Below are positions 1-12,225 of a stretch of 64,000 bases of DNA, in pieces. The DNA lies in contig NC_069005.1 in NCBI RefSeq assembly GCF_001194135.2, forward strand, positions 19,431,689 to 19,495,688, written 5' to 3'. The stretch comes from Octopus bimaculoides. Lineage: Eukaryota. The notes under the pieces are model-generated. The model made no database searches and was not told where the DNA came from. It saw only the letters and a program-made list of their open reading frames with translations. The translations under genes were made by a program, and so were the position numbers. Position 1 is the stretch's first letter. Each line of letters opens with the position of its first letter.

Positions 1-337
1 TTTACAAACCCAGTGAACATACATATATTTCCTATTTCAAAGAAATTCAAACAATAGATATAAGACCCAAGTTAAAAAGATTCTCAACAATTCAACTTCT
101 CTGGTTGACATTAACACACTAGGGGCTTTAACTTCCACATTTTTCAGCTCCATGAGCTCCATTTTCAGGAGCAAAATCCTTTTTACAGGGTCCATAACAC
201 TGGAATTTTGGAATGTGCGCATAAATATCAGTAGCGTGGGATACATGTGTCATGATTAAAATTTTTTAGGGTGTGTTAAGAAGGAAAGAACCCTCATATG
301 CAATTTTGATGAAATTCGAATCATAGGGATAAATAAG

Positions 338-657
338 ATGATGTCACACGTTATCGAAGCTACCATTCTTTCTGGATGTGGAAAAGGTGATGACGCCTTT
401 ATTCTAAGAATTCCTCTTACTCCATTAGGAGCAGACATTCCTTTTACATTCAGAAGACTGCAATTCCCCCTTTGTGTCACTTTTGCCATGTCCATTAACA
501 AATCTCAGGGTCAAACCCTCTCTCTGGCTGGTCTTCTCTTGGAAGAGCCCTGCTTCTCACATGGATAACTGTATGTTGGCTGCTCAAGAGTGGGAACCTA
601 TTTGCATATGCTCCACAAGGACAAACAAGGAATATTGTTTACAACGAGGTGTTCTAA
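338..657 (+). pseudogene. Helitron RepHel PIF1-type helicase C-terminal remnant
   Basis: ORF reads SHVIEATILSGCGKGDDAFILRIPLTP...FRRLQFPLCVTFAMSINKSQGQTL...EPCFSHG, then TAA in place of Q, then LYVGCSRVG and a frameshifted TRNIVYNEVF*. These are PIF1/Helitron helicase motifs V-VI and the typical C-terminus. Confidence 0.9.
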
Positions 658-775
658 TCACAACAGCAAGAAAGTATGTACATGATCACCTTTCTTTTAA
701 CAAACTTCATTGACTTTCATGTATTTATATTGATATACATATATATGTGTGTTTGGGTGTGTGTGTGTGTATATA

Positions 776-1310
776 TCTGTATATATAAAGATGAGAATGT
801 GTGTCTGTGTGAATCCCTAAAACTCAAGAACTACACAACCAATTTCATTCCAAATTTACACATGCCTTACTTAGGGTCCATGTAGTGTCTTAGGCCAAAA
901 CAATTTTTAACTTCTTGCATAGTTCAAGCCCACAGCAATATCATATCTCCTCCACTATTTCACTATTACGTGTCAAAAGTGAAACAATAACATCACTCTA
1001 CTGTAATGTCAGATACTTTCACTTTAACACTGAAACTATTCCACTATTTCACTATTACGTGTCAAAAGTGAAACAATAACATGTCGCTACTGTAATTTCA
1101 AATACTTTCACTTTAATACTTTCAATTTCATACTGAAACTATTAAAGTGAGACTATACTCTCACATATATACAGGCATACTATAAGACCCAAGTTAAAAA
1201 CATTCTCAACAATTCAACTTCTCTGGTTGACATTAACAACCCCACCCCTTCATTCCCACATTTTAGAGCTCTATTTTTCATAAGCAAAATCCTTTTTATA
1301 GGTTCCAGAA
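776..1310 (+). mobile_element. Non-autonomous Helitron, 5' part
   Basis: Starts A|TCTGTATATATAAAGATGAGAATG. Positions ~780-1050 are the reverse complement of ~5240-5520. Contains an internal tandem duplication (~950-1030 vs ~1040-1115), and 1180-1310 repeats ~60-200. Confidence 0.75.
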
Positions 1311-1696
1311 GACTGCAGTAGCCTCAGTTGACTCGAATATAAATGCTTGAGTTTGAAAAACTTCACGTCTAGAATAGCATGAAAACTTTCGTCAACATCA
1401 AAAGGACTGCAGTGGTGTGAACTGAATCATTGAGAATATCAAACATAGCCCTAAAGTACTCTGTTCATCTGCCAACATTTAACTCCTGTTTCATCCATCA
1501 ATGCTCTATTTGATGATAGCAGTATTCTCTGCAACAATGCCCAAGAAATGGAGAAGATTCCATAGGAACAATATTACTCTGTCTTCGGTAATCATGCTGA
1601 AGTTGACTTTAGCAATATTGATTACATTGACCCTCAGCATATCATCTCTGGTGATAGTGCAGAACCTTGTGATTAGAGTCTTATAATAATAATGGT

Positions 1697-1915
1697 AAGA
1701 TTGTGGTTTCGATTCCTAGACTAGGCAGTGCATTTTGTTATTGAACAAAGCAATTCATTTCACAGTTGTCCCAGTTCACTCAGCTGTAAATGAGTAATCC
1801 TGCGACAGACTGGCATCCCATTCAAGAGGAATGTTGTGAGTTTGGTCACTTATACACCATGGAAACTGAGCAACTGGCTTTATGAGTCTCAGGACCTGAG
1901 AGCAGCCAAGGGACT
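1697..1915 (+). mobile_element. tRNA-derived SINE, same family as 43752-43998
   Basis: B-box-like GGTTTCGATTCC followed by a body similar to 43752-43998 and 53030-53250. Confidence 0.65.
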
Positions 1916-2998
1916 TTTTTTTCACTTTACATCACCTCTGATCCAACTTTTACCACACTGGATATCATTATAACAATAATTGAAATGAAACATTACTCAG
2001 CACTTGGGTCCTAATAGATTCCTTACTAGCATCTTGAAGGAATACTAATACTAAGTTGCATATCCTCTTGCTGATATCTGGAGAAAATCATTAGGCTATA
2101 TCATTATCATCATCATCATCATTTTATCATCCACTATTTCATGCTTGCATGAGTCAGATGGAATTTGTTGAGGCAGATTTTCTACAGCCAGATGCCCTTC
2201 CTGTTGTTAACCTTCAATTGTTTCCCCATGGACAATTAGAAGTGAAGGTATAGCTTTGTTAAGCTATATGCAAACAAACCAGTGGAGAGGAGAATACATT
2301 TATCAAAGGTTTATTACTCTACATACATCAGGGCTTAAGTCGCCAGTTATTTCTGTTTAGTTCATTCAGATTCATTTCACACTCACTGTTGACATTCTTT
2401 TGTTTTGCTTCTCCTACCACAAGTTCCTTTTTTGCTGCTGACCAACTTCCTAGCTAGCCTGCAGCAAAGTTTCTGTCTACAGTTCATCAGTCACGAATTC
2501 TGCCCTAGAAGGGGACTCCGCTTGTATGACAGTGATGCTTGTTTATAACTATTGCATGATGTCAAGACAAGGTGGCACAAACACACTCATTCAAGTACAC
2601 ACACACATACATGCAATTGCACCTCTTTCAGTTCCTATATACCAGATTTACTCACAAGACTTTAGTTGGACCACAACTATAGCAGTGTTGGGTTGGTTAG
2701 ATGGGTCTTAATTAATTGATATGAAGTTTAGCTATGTGCTGTCCTATAATGAAACTAACTCCAAACGTTGCTTGATTAACATTTGTTTTTATAGGAATAC
2801 ATTACAGTATTTACATGATTACATAGTGATTTGCCAGTAATGTATTGTGGTGTGCTAGAAGCAAATATAGTCCATAGTTACACTAATAACAGAAAAGATT
2901 AACTTTGCATGAGATGTGGGAAAAATACTCTGTTCATCATAGTCAAGGATTCTTTTAAATCAGGGTTGAACTGTAACCAAGAAAACTTGTCTGTTTAA

Positions 2999-3206
2999 CC
3001 CTTTTGTTACTGTATTTATTTTGAGGTGCTGTTGTTTCTTTCAATTACTTTAAATATAACAAAGAATATAGTAAAATAACTCAGCTAGTGTTAGGAACAT
3101 AAATTGTGACTAAGGTTTGATGGAAGATTTTAGTTCAAAACTTATGAAAACAAGACATTTGTACTCAGAGCCAGAGCTGGTTTCAGCCAGGTTGGTAACA
3201 AAAGGG
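2999..3206. mobile_element. piggyBac-type MITE (208 bp)
   Basis: Perfect 12-bp TIR CCCTTTTGTTAC / GTAACAAAAGGG, flanked on both sides by TTAA (2995-2998, 3207-3210). Confidence 0.9.
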
Positions 3207-3873
3207 TTAAAGGTTTTGTTGTCTGTGCACCCTGTGTGCCTCTGGTTTGTTTTGTCATAAGAATTAGCTGGCTACTTATTTGTATGGTGAGAGGTGAGGA
3301 TATTGTGTTCGTGGTATCTGCTTGAAGAAGTGCACTGAAGATGAAGTGATTCTTTTAAATACAAGTTGAGCAGTGACGAAGAACCCTGTGCTCATTTATG
3401 GAACCTTCTCTAACCTCTTTGCTAATTCTGGTACACTTGTACTTTTATGCAGTAACATCTGGAACATGATAGAACATTCTATAATATTGGAAGGTATTTC
3501 TGCAAGCTGATTGCTTGATATTTAGTGTACATCACCTGATCTAAGATACTAAAGATGTAAGATTTCAATTCCAGGCTTCTCTACAAAGGAATCATTGAAA
3601 ACACTTACCCAAGGTGACATGAAGTAAAACTGAACCTGAAACCACGTGACTGGAAACAAACTTCTTAATCCCACAGCCATGCCTGCATCTAAAATTAAAT
3701 TTAGCCGGAATTGAACTCAGAATATAATGACCTAGAACAATTACTGCAGGTGTTTTGTCTGATGCTCCAAAATTTTTCCAATCCACCATTCTGGGGTAAT
3801 AGAAAGGTTATACACTGAGATAGTCTCTATCCTAATCTATCATCCCAATTTTCAAAAAGGAAAATAAATCACA

Positions 3874-4085
3874 CTAAAATAGCCTCCAATCTTGCTTACC
3901 TCTCATATTGTTCATGTTTTTCAAAAGGTGATGACAAGATAACTGATTAACCAACTGTTCATATCTTGATGTATATGCAACAGGCTTCTTATTATCTGCT
4001 TTCTGAAATTGTGTATTACAGTTTAACAAGTGAGCTCCTCTCACAAAATCCAAAATCCTTTCACCTTCTTCATTCCACACACCAT
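3874..4085 (-). mobile_element. RTE-type LINE apurinic endonuclease fragment
   Basis: WNEEGERILDFVRGAHLLNCNTQFQK resembles the RNxxGExLLxF...NTxFxK segment of RTE APE domains; degenerate. Confidence 0.7.
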
Positions 4086-4145
4086 ATTCATTAAAGTTAC
4101 AGCTGATTTTTCACTCATTGGCTAATATAAAGATACTATATAGCA

Positions 4146-5520
4146 CTAGCAGAAATACCCGGCTTTGCCCGGGTTAAAGAGAATAATGAAATCTAAAAAC
4201 GCCGTCTAGACTACGCAACCCTCAACTGTTAGTAGCTACGATACCATATTTCTACATTAATAACTCTCCAATCCATGCCAGCATGGAACATAGACATTAA
4301 GTGGAATGCCAGTCTCTCATCTAGGAGGGCCTTGAAATCAATGTTACCAACTGGGGACTATGTGTGTCGCAGTGATAATAAAAAGACCCAAAGGAGGTCT
4401 ACAACGAAATAATTTTACTCATCACTTTGCAANNNNNNNNNNNNNNNNNNNNNNNNNNNNNNNNNNNNNNNNNNNNNNNNNNNNNNNNNNNNNNNNNNNN
4501 NNNNNNNNNNNNNNNNNNNNNNNNNNNNNNNNNNNNNNNNNNNNNNNNNNNNNNNNNNNNNNNNNNNNNNNNNNNNNNNNNNNNNNNNNNNNNNNNNNNN
4601 NNNNNNNNNNNNNNNNNNNNNNNNNNNNNNNNNNNNNNNNNNNNNNNNNNNNNNNNNNNNNNNNNNNNNNNNNNNNNNNNNNNNNNNNNNNNNNNNNNNN
4701 NNNNNNNNNNNNNNNNNNNNNNNNNNNNNNNNNNNNNNNNNNNNNNNNNNNNNNNNNNNNNNNNNNNNNNNNNNNNNNNNNNNNNNNNNNNNNNNNNNNN
4801 NNNNNNNNNNNNNNNNNNNNNNNNNNNNNNNNNNNNNNNNNNNNNNNNNNNNNNNNNNNNNNNNNNNNNNNNNNNNNNNNNNNNNNNNNNNNNNNNNNNN
4901 NNNNNNNNNNNNNNNNNNNNNNNNNNNNNNNNNNNNNNNNNNNNNNNNNNNNNNNNNNNNNNNNNNNNNNNNNNNNNNNNNNNNNNNNNNNNNNNNNNNN
5001 NNNNNNNNNNNNNNNNNNNNNNNNNNNNNNNNNNNNNNNNNNNNNNNNNNNNNNNNNNNNNNNNNNNNNNNNNNNNNNNNNNNNNNNNNNNNNNNNNNNN
5101 NNNNNNNNNNNNNNNNNNNNNNNNNNNNNNNNNNNNNNNNNNNNNNNNNNNNNNNNNNNNNNNNNNNNNNNNNNNNNNNNTCTTTCTCTCTCTCTCTGAA
5201 AGTATCTGTCATTACAGTATCGAAATGTGATTGTTTCAGTTAGTAGAATAGTTTCATTTTTAAAGTGAAAGTATTTGACATGAGTGTTTTTGTTTCACGT
5301 TTGACACGTAATACTTAAATAGTGTAGGAGATATTATGTTGCTGTGGGCTCGAACTCTGGAAGAAGTTAAAATTTTTTTTGACTAAAACACAACTGGAAC
5401 CCTAAGTAAGGCATCTGTAAAATTTGAATGAAATTGGTTGCGTAGTTCTCGAGTTTTAGGGATTCACACAGACAGACAGACAGACAGACAGACACACATT
5501 CTCATTTTTATATATATAGA
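4146..5520 (-). mobile_element. Non-autonomous Helitron, both ends present, spans the N-gap 4433-5180
   Basis: On the minus strand the 5' end is A|TC (5521|5520) and the 3' end is CTAG|T (4149-4146|4145). A subterminal hairpin ACCCGG-CTTTGC-CCGGGT lies at 4157-4174, and a (CAGA)n microsatellite lies near the 5' end. Confidence 0.85.
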
Positions 5521-5689
5521 TATATCATACCTTGATACTGTGTGGACTAAGATCCCCATTAGCAGGCCCCTGATATTTAACAGAAAGTGTTAACACTTAC
5601 GATATGCAAATTAGTAGCTATTGTAATTGTTGAGTATAAAAAATAGATCAGCTGTTTGTTTCTCTGAGATTGGTCAAGTTGGTGTCAAT

Positions 5690-5733
5690 GCCTCTGATGA
5701 GAATCCCAATAAGATTCAAAAATCGATTAAGGC
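5690..5733 (+). ncRNA. Minimal type I hammerhead ribozyme-like motif (G12A variant), Penelope-like-element type
   Basis: GCCT-CTGATGA-GAATC(CCAATAA)GATTC-AAA-AATCGATT-A-AGGC. Stems I and II are perfect, stem III is palindromic, the cleavage triplet is UUA, and the only core deviation is GAA->AAA. Confidence 0.7.
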
Positions 5734-5989
5734 CGTTTATCATTTTTTCAATCTATAGAAAGCCCTGCTTATAAAGATACTATATAGGTAATAGTGAAAT
5801 TAACCCTCTTTATATAGGTTATATGTGTGTCTTTCATTCTCTACCTTTCTCAGTTTTGAAATTCCATGGAGATACAGAAAAAGGAAAAGACAAAAAGATT
5901 TATTCATACCTCTTTAATGCTTTATTCATCTCACCCTTTTTGGCTTGATGCAAATCTGACACTCTTTCCTGTTTGCTGCTTTCTTTTTC

Positions 5990-8130
5990 ATTTCCTCAAC
6001 AACTCAGGTCCTTGTGTCCAATAAAAGAAATCATTATCATTAGAACATCAGACAAAATGCTTAGTGGCATTTCATCTAGTTCTTTACGTTCTGAGTTCAA
6101 ATTCTGCCAAGATGAATTTTGCCTTCAACCTTTTGGGGTTGATGAAACAAGTACCAGTTGAGCACTGAGGTTGAGGAAATCAACTACCCACCCCCACCCC
6201 CTGTCCCCAAATTTCAGACCTTGTGCCTATGATAGAAAACATTATTATTATTAACATTATCATAATAAGGTGGTGAGCTGGGCGAAATGCTGTTAAGCAT
6301 TTCGCCCATCTTCATGTTCTGAGTTCAAATTCCACCAAAGTCGACTTTGCCTTTCATCCTTTTGGGGTCGATAAATTAAGTACCAGTTGAACACAGAGGT
6401 TGATATAATTGACTTATCCCCTGCCCCCAAATTTCAGGCCTTGTACCTATAACAGAAAGGGTTATTATTATTATTGATTTGACTCAGGTTTGGTCTTATT
6501 CTTGATAGGATTTATGTGGAAAGCGGGTTACTGCTCGTAACCTTAGGTTAAGTGTTTAGAACCCTCCTGATAATCTTTCTGTCTGTAAGAGGCAATCTTT
6601 CTGGAGAATCTCTACAGGATATTCCTACTCCAATTCCCTTCAACCATTTCTCTATATCTTTGCTTACAGTTCCCAATGCACCAATTGTTATAGGCACAAT
6701 CTTTGCAATTTCAAATTTTAAGAGATTGTGTTTTTCTTCACAATTCTGGAATTAAACAGACATGATAGATCAACTAGTAAGCAACATCACTTGTCCTTGT
6801 CTACTATTTTCTAGTTTCTTGTCCGTTTGAATAGGGAAGTCCCACAAAATCTTACATTTCTCCAACTAGAGCACTCTTTGACCTGATGTTCATACCATGT
6901 GTATCCAGCTTCAAATCTCCATTTCTAGCAAAGCTTCCAGTGTAAAACTTTTACAACTTGGTCATGTGTCCATTTCTTATATGCTTCCTCTGCAACAATG
7001 AGTGCTACTGTCTCATTCCAAGTTCTACAGACTCTACATTTTTTCTGACACATTCTTCCCATATATATTTTCTCTCAAGTTGTTTTTTTGTTGTTTTTTA
7101 TTGCTTGATCCTGAGTGGCTACACAGTTAAGCTCGGTTTCTTTTTTTAATTGCCCATTTTTTAAACAAAGCCCAGCATTTTGTTCCACATACATCTTCAG
7201 TGGCTTTCCAAAAGTGAAGGCATTGTTATTATTATTACTATTATTATGAAGATGGTGAGCTGGCAGAATCATTAACTGGGGTTGATGGTATCAACTAGTC
7301 CCTTACCCTCAAAATTGCTGGCCTTGTGCCAAAATCAGAAACTATTATTATCATTTAGGTGAAGGTAACTAACTAGCAGAATCATTAGCATGCTGGGCAA
7401 AATGCTTAATGGTATTCCATCTGTCTTTACGTTCTGAGTTCAAATTCTGTTGAGGTTAACTTTGCCTTGCATCTTTTCTGGGTCAATAAAATAAGTACCA
7501 GTTGAGTACTTGGTCAAATATAATGGACTAGCCCCTTCCCCCAAAGATTTCTGGCCTCATGCCTATAGTTGAAAGGATTATTATCAATTGGGTGGCAAGC
7601 TGGCAGAACTGTTAGTGCATCACAGAAAAATACATGGCAGCATTCTTTCTGGGTCTTTACATTCTAAGTTCAAATTCAGCTGAGGTCGACTTTGTCTTTC
7701 ATCCTTTTGGGGTTGATGAAATAAGTACCAGTTGAGCACTGGGATCAATGTAATTGACTGAACCCCTCCCCCTAAATTTTTAGGCCTTGTATCTATAGTA
7801 GAAAAGAATATTACTATTATCATTATTTCTATGGTGGATGACAGAAAAGGTAAAGCACTGGACAATATGTCTCATGGAATTTAGTTGTATCTCTTTATCT
7901 AAATTCAAATATTAAGAACTTTGACTTTCATCTTTTCTATATTGGCTTCAAATTTTGGCACAAGGCAAGTAATTTTGAGGAAGGAGATAAGTTAATTAAA
8001 TTGATCCCAATGTTCAACTGGTACTTTATCAACTCTGAAAGAATGAAAGGTAAAGTTGACCTTGGAGGAATTTGAACTTAGAATGTAAAGACAGACAAAA
8101 TGCCGCTAAGCATTTTTCCCAGTGTGCTAA
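5990..8130. mobile_element. Cluster of tRNA-derived SINE copies (GGTGAGCTGGCAGAA...TTCTGAGTTCAAAT family)
   Basis: Recurrent TTCTGAGTTCAAATTC...CTTTGCCTTTCATCCTTT...AAGTACCAGTTGAGCACTGGGGT body with (ATT)n tails. Plus-strand copies at ~6040, 6265, 7250, 7360 and 7590; a minus-strand copy at ~7940-8130. Confidence 0.85.
6520..7020 (-). mobile_element. R4/Dong-like non-LTR retrotransposon restriction-like endonuclease (RLE) fragment
   Basis: Minus-strand translation gives EAYKKWTHDQVVKVLHWK, KILWDFPIQTDKKLENSR and KIVPITIGALGTVSKDI, characteristic of R4-clade RLE domains; disrupted. Confidence 0.75.
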
Positions 8131-11120
8131 CAATTTTGCCAACATCTTTTGCACTTGCTTGCTGGTTCGACCTTTCACACACTACAGGTCAAGACAAGGA
8201 GAAACCCACCCATTCAGCCACATGATATATATATATATATCATTTAATATTCACAGCATTTAAATATGAGTTACTAATAGTTTCATGTTGTAGAAACAGT
8301 AATTCGGCAGATTTATATATCATGCCTTGTGTCTTCAAGCAATCCTTTAGGCTCAAATAACCCATATTCTATCACTGGATGGAGTACTTTGTTGATCCAA
8401 CTAATAACAGTACAGTAAACTGTGTGTGTAATGGACTTGATTCAGTTTCTAGCTACCAAATTTATTCACAAGGCCCTTTGGTCAGACCAGATTTATTGTA
8501 GAAGGTGCTTGTCCAAGGCGCAATACAATGGGACTGAACCCAAAAACCACATGCCTGGAAAACAAACTTCTAAACCACACAGCCATGCCTGCATCTATAT
8601 ATGTGCGTGCATGTATAGTATGTAAAATAGACTTAGTTTGTGTGACATGGAGTTAGATCTTAATGGTATACAAAACGTTTTATTTTACAAATTTTATGAA
8701 TTGATTTTGTTGACTCAGACCATCACTAGTTTCTTCAAGTTTTTTTTTTTTTTAGCTATTTACCTTCTTTCTGAATATTATTAAATTCCTTTTCTTTTAT
8801 ACTATCTTTAATTTCTTAAATATGAAAAACATTCTGCTGGAAGAAAAAACCCCCCAGCTAGAATGAAATACATAAGACAGTATCTATTGAACCGCTAAAA
8901 CTGTGATGTTGAGTGCACTCTGATCCTTTTGACCAGTGTCCTCTATGCTTTTTAAAATCCCTATTATCTCTGCAACACTTTTTTTAAACATATATATATA
9001 TAAAAGTTTGTGTCCTCCAGCAACTGCTATACACACGCACAACGAGATCCTCTTTTCGGCGGGCTTTCGTAAAAGCTATCACTATTTCATGGAGAAAGAA
9101 AAAGGCAAGAAATTAGGAAGCATTTTTCCCCCCTCTTAACATTCTTGAGTTTCATACAACGGAAATTACAATTCTGAAAGAAATATTTTATTTTTTACAA
9201 AAATTCCAATTGAAAAAATAATTTTGTCCCCAATTCGTTGCCACTTTCCCTTCTTCAAGACATATAATATTACGAAAGTCCGCCTGCTTTTCTTTTACTT
9301 TTTATTGGTTCTCTGAGTAATAGTTGACGGACAACTTCATCTTTTCTTTGCCAACAAAGTCCCACAAACTTATGTCAGTCTTTTTTTAATAGTTACCATT
9401 AATAACGTTATATTTGCCTAAACAAATATCTCATTTTAGTGCATGTTGTTTACTTTCTCCTTCTAGTTTTTTTTCTTTGTTTTTCCTCTTTCTCAATTCT
9501 TTATATAATATAAACCACAAAAATAGGATGTGAAAAAAAGTTTGTTTTGAGAAAAAATCATTCTCTTTATTTACTTTCCCCATATCAAAATAATTTATTT
9601 CACTTCAAAATCTTGTTGTACCTGCCACTTGCAGACAGACCGTCACTAGCTTGCTCGCATTCTACTGTTTCTAATTGTAATGGGGTAAACAATTCACAAA
9701 GCTAGCTTAACAACAAATATTACACTACCAATAAATTACAATATTTAACTGAAGGCCCAATATAACCTATTCAAAAGCTTCTTTCATTACAGCAAGGTTG
9801 AGGAACACTTCGTCTCAAATTTCAATCTTCCCAACTGTCCTTCCATATACCTTGCTCTACAGAGCAAGATATATGGAAGGACTCCCACTTAAGCGTGGAA
9901 CATTCTAGTATCATAAACTTTACAGCGGTAGTTACCATAAAACCTCATATTAACTTTTTGGCGCAAAATGCACTCGTTTGAACCAAAATGCCAATATGAG
10001 AGTTTCTCTCATGGCAACTTAAATGTGGATGTTCTAGTAGAATAAACTTTACTGCAGTAAAGCTTATTCTAGAAATCCAAATATTACCCCACGGTATTAA
10101 ATACTGCTTGCTCTTTACACTTAGCTGTAGAGGACTTCATTAAACTAAGCTTCATTTTTATTCTATAACATATTCACAAATATATACCATTTAATAAAAG
10201 AATGTCTATATTGTATCTTCTGTATGGAAATTACCGATCTGTCTAACAGTCTTCTCTAACACCATTTCATTCACTTGACACTCCCTATTATATCAGAATT
10301 TTAAGAAATCAAATAATGGCGACAAAAGGCTGATTTCAAAATAATCAAAGTGAATGGTTATGCATCAAAGATATCAGTCAAAGTGTGTCGGAGAGATGAG
10401 TCGTATCACATGAATTTTGTTGGTACAGGATCCAAGTGGAAGAAGACGTGAGAAAATGTAATAAAAGGTAGTTGGATCTCCGGAAGATGAGTTTCACCGA
10501 TGAAGAAAAACACCTTACGTTAACAGTATGCTATACTGCAGACCCGTTCAACTTATGGCTTGTGATTGGCATAAGAAACTGCATCGCATATACGGAACAC
10601 CGCAGCAAATTATATATATATATAATTATATCGGTGAGGTATGAAAAACCGTTACGTTGAACAAAAAATACCTTAATGAAACTGATTAGCCGCAGTTACG
10701 TCCCTTTAGATCTAGCTCGACAAAAAGTCCCTTGCGACGTTAATAAATAGCTAATCCTTGAAGAATACGATAATTGAAACCATGAAAGATAGAACTGATT
10801 GCCTTCATAAAAAAATTAAAAAAATGAAGTGGTCAATATTATAAAAAAAAAAAGGCTAATTAATGTTGCCGCCAACCCTGACACACACAACACAATTGTG
10901 AACTTAACAGATTGTTAATTGTTAACTTAACAGATCATCATAACTGTCAATTTGACTCAAACCCTGTGATCATTGGACGTCTGTTCGGATCTGGAACTAC
11001 CCCTGGGTGTGTGTGTAAGTGGGGGAGAGAGAAAGAGAGGTGTTATGTACAAAACTGTCGGCTCTTGAGTCACTTTTGTGACTTTCTGCCAATTATAAAA
11101 AAAAAAAAAAATAATATATA

Positions 11121-12225
11121 GGCGCAGGAGTGGCTGTGTAGTAATAAGCTTGCTTCCCAACCACATGGTTCCGGATTCAGTCCCACTACATGGCACCTTG
11201 GGCAAGTGTCTTCTACAATAGCTTCGGGCCAACCAAAGCCTAGTGAGTGGATTTGGTAGACGGAAACTGAAAGAAGCTCGTCGTAAATATATATATATAT
11301 GTATGTATGCGTGTGTTTGTTCCACCATCACTTGACAACCGATGTTGGTGTGTTTACGAACCCCGTAAACTAGCACTTCGGAAAAATAGACTGATAAAAT
11401 AGGTATTGGGCTTACAAAGGGGGTTAATGCAGTTTCGCACCTCTCCTTGAAAAATGCATTTTGAAAATCTTTTTGGACTCNNNNNNNNNNCCAATTAAAA
11501 TTTTTGATCTTGTTTAATTTAAAGACATCGTAGCAAATTGACGAACATATGCAAATCGAAATTAAATACAGACAAAAACATTAAAGGGAAAAGAATTTGC
11601 ATTTTACTTGTGTTTGCCCTAAATAGTCGTAAATAATAATATAATGTAAATTAAATATATACACCATTTTATAAGAAACAAACATTAATATTTAATAATT
11701 AATGTTATAAAGTTTAATAAGGGGCTCAAATTTTACCCTCCCCCAATTTTAAATTTTTAACTTTGTCATTCATTTATTTATTTGTCTGTCTATCTATTTA
11801 TCCCTATCTGTTTATTCATAAAATATATTTGTCAACTAAATGTGACGGTCCTATAGAAAACGGTGTTACTGTTGTTTTTAGCCCCAGGAAGACATATCTA
11901 TCTATCTCTTTATACACTTATCTATATGCTTATTGAATTTAAAAGTTTCAAAACGTAGTTTCTTGCATATCCGAAATCTCCATCATCTAAAACATAGGGG
12001 GAAAAAATTTTGAAAAAGTTCAAAATTTTAAATAAGATGGGGTTAATTTCCTTTTTTTTGTTTTTGCATATTCGTAATCTCCGACATCTAAAACTTTTCA
12101 AAAAATGCATTTCTCAAGGAGAGGTGCGAAACTACATTTGCCCCTTACAAAGAATAAGTCCTGGGGTCAATTTGTTCGACTAAAGGTAATGCTCCAGTAT
12201 GGCCGCAATCAAATGACAAACAAAA
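11121..12225 (+). mobile_element. tRNA-derived SINE (GGCGCAGGAGTGGCTGTGTGG family) split by a MITE
   Basis: A-box-like TGGCTGTGTAG and B-box-like GGATTCAGTCC. The body continues after 12144 as in intact copies elsewhere in the window. Confidence 0.85.
11420..12144. mobile_element. Non-autonomous DNA transposon (725 bp) with ~48-bp TIRs and 8-bp TSD
   Basis: Left end GGGGTTAATGCAGTTTCGCACCTCTCCTTGAAAAATGCATTTTGAAAA; right end is its near reverse complement. TSD TTACAAAG at 11412-11419 and 12145-12152. Confidence 0.9.

Noticed and set aside
2420-2500. Minus-strand CTGATGA...GAAAC with an 8-bp TTTGCTGC/GCAGCAAA stem, a possible hammerhead
   Set aside because: Stem II is only 2-3 bp, there is no NUH triplet after stem III, and no stem I pairing.
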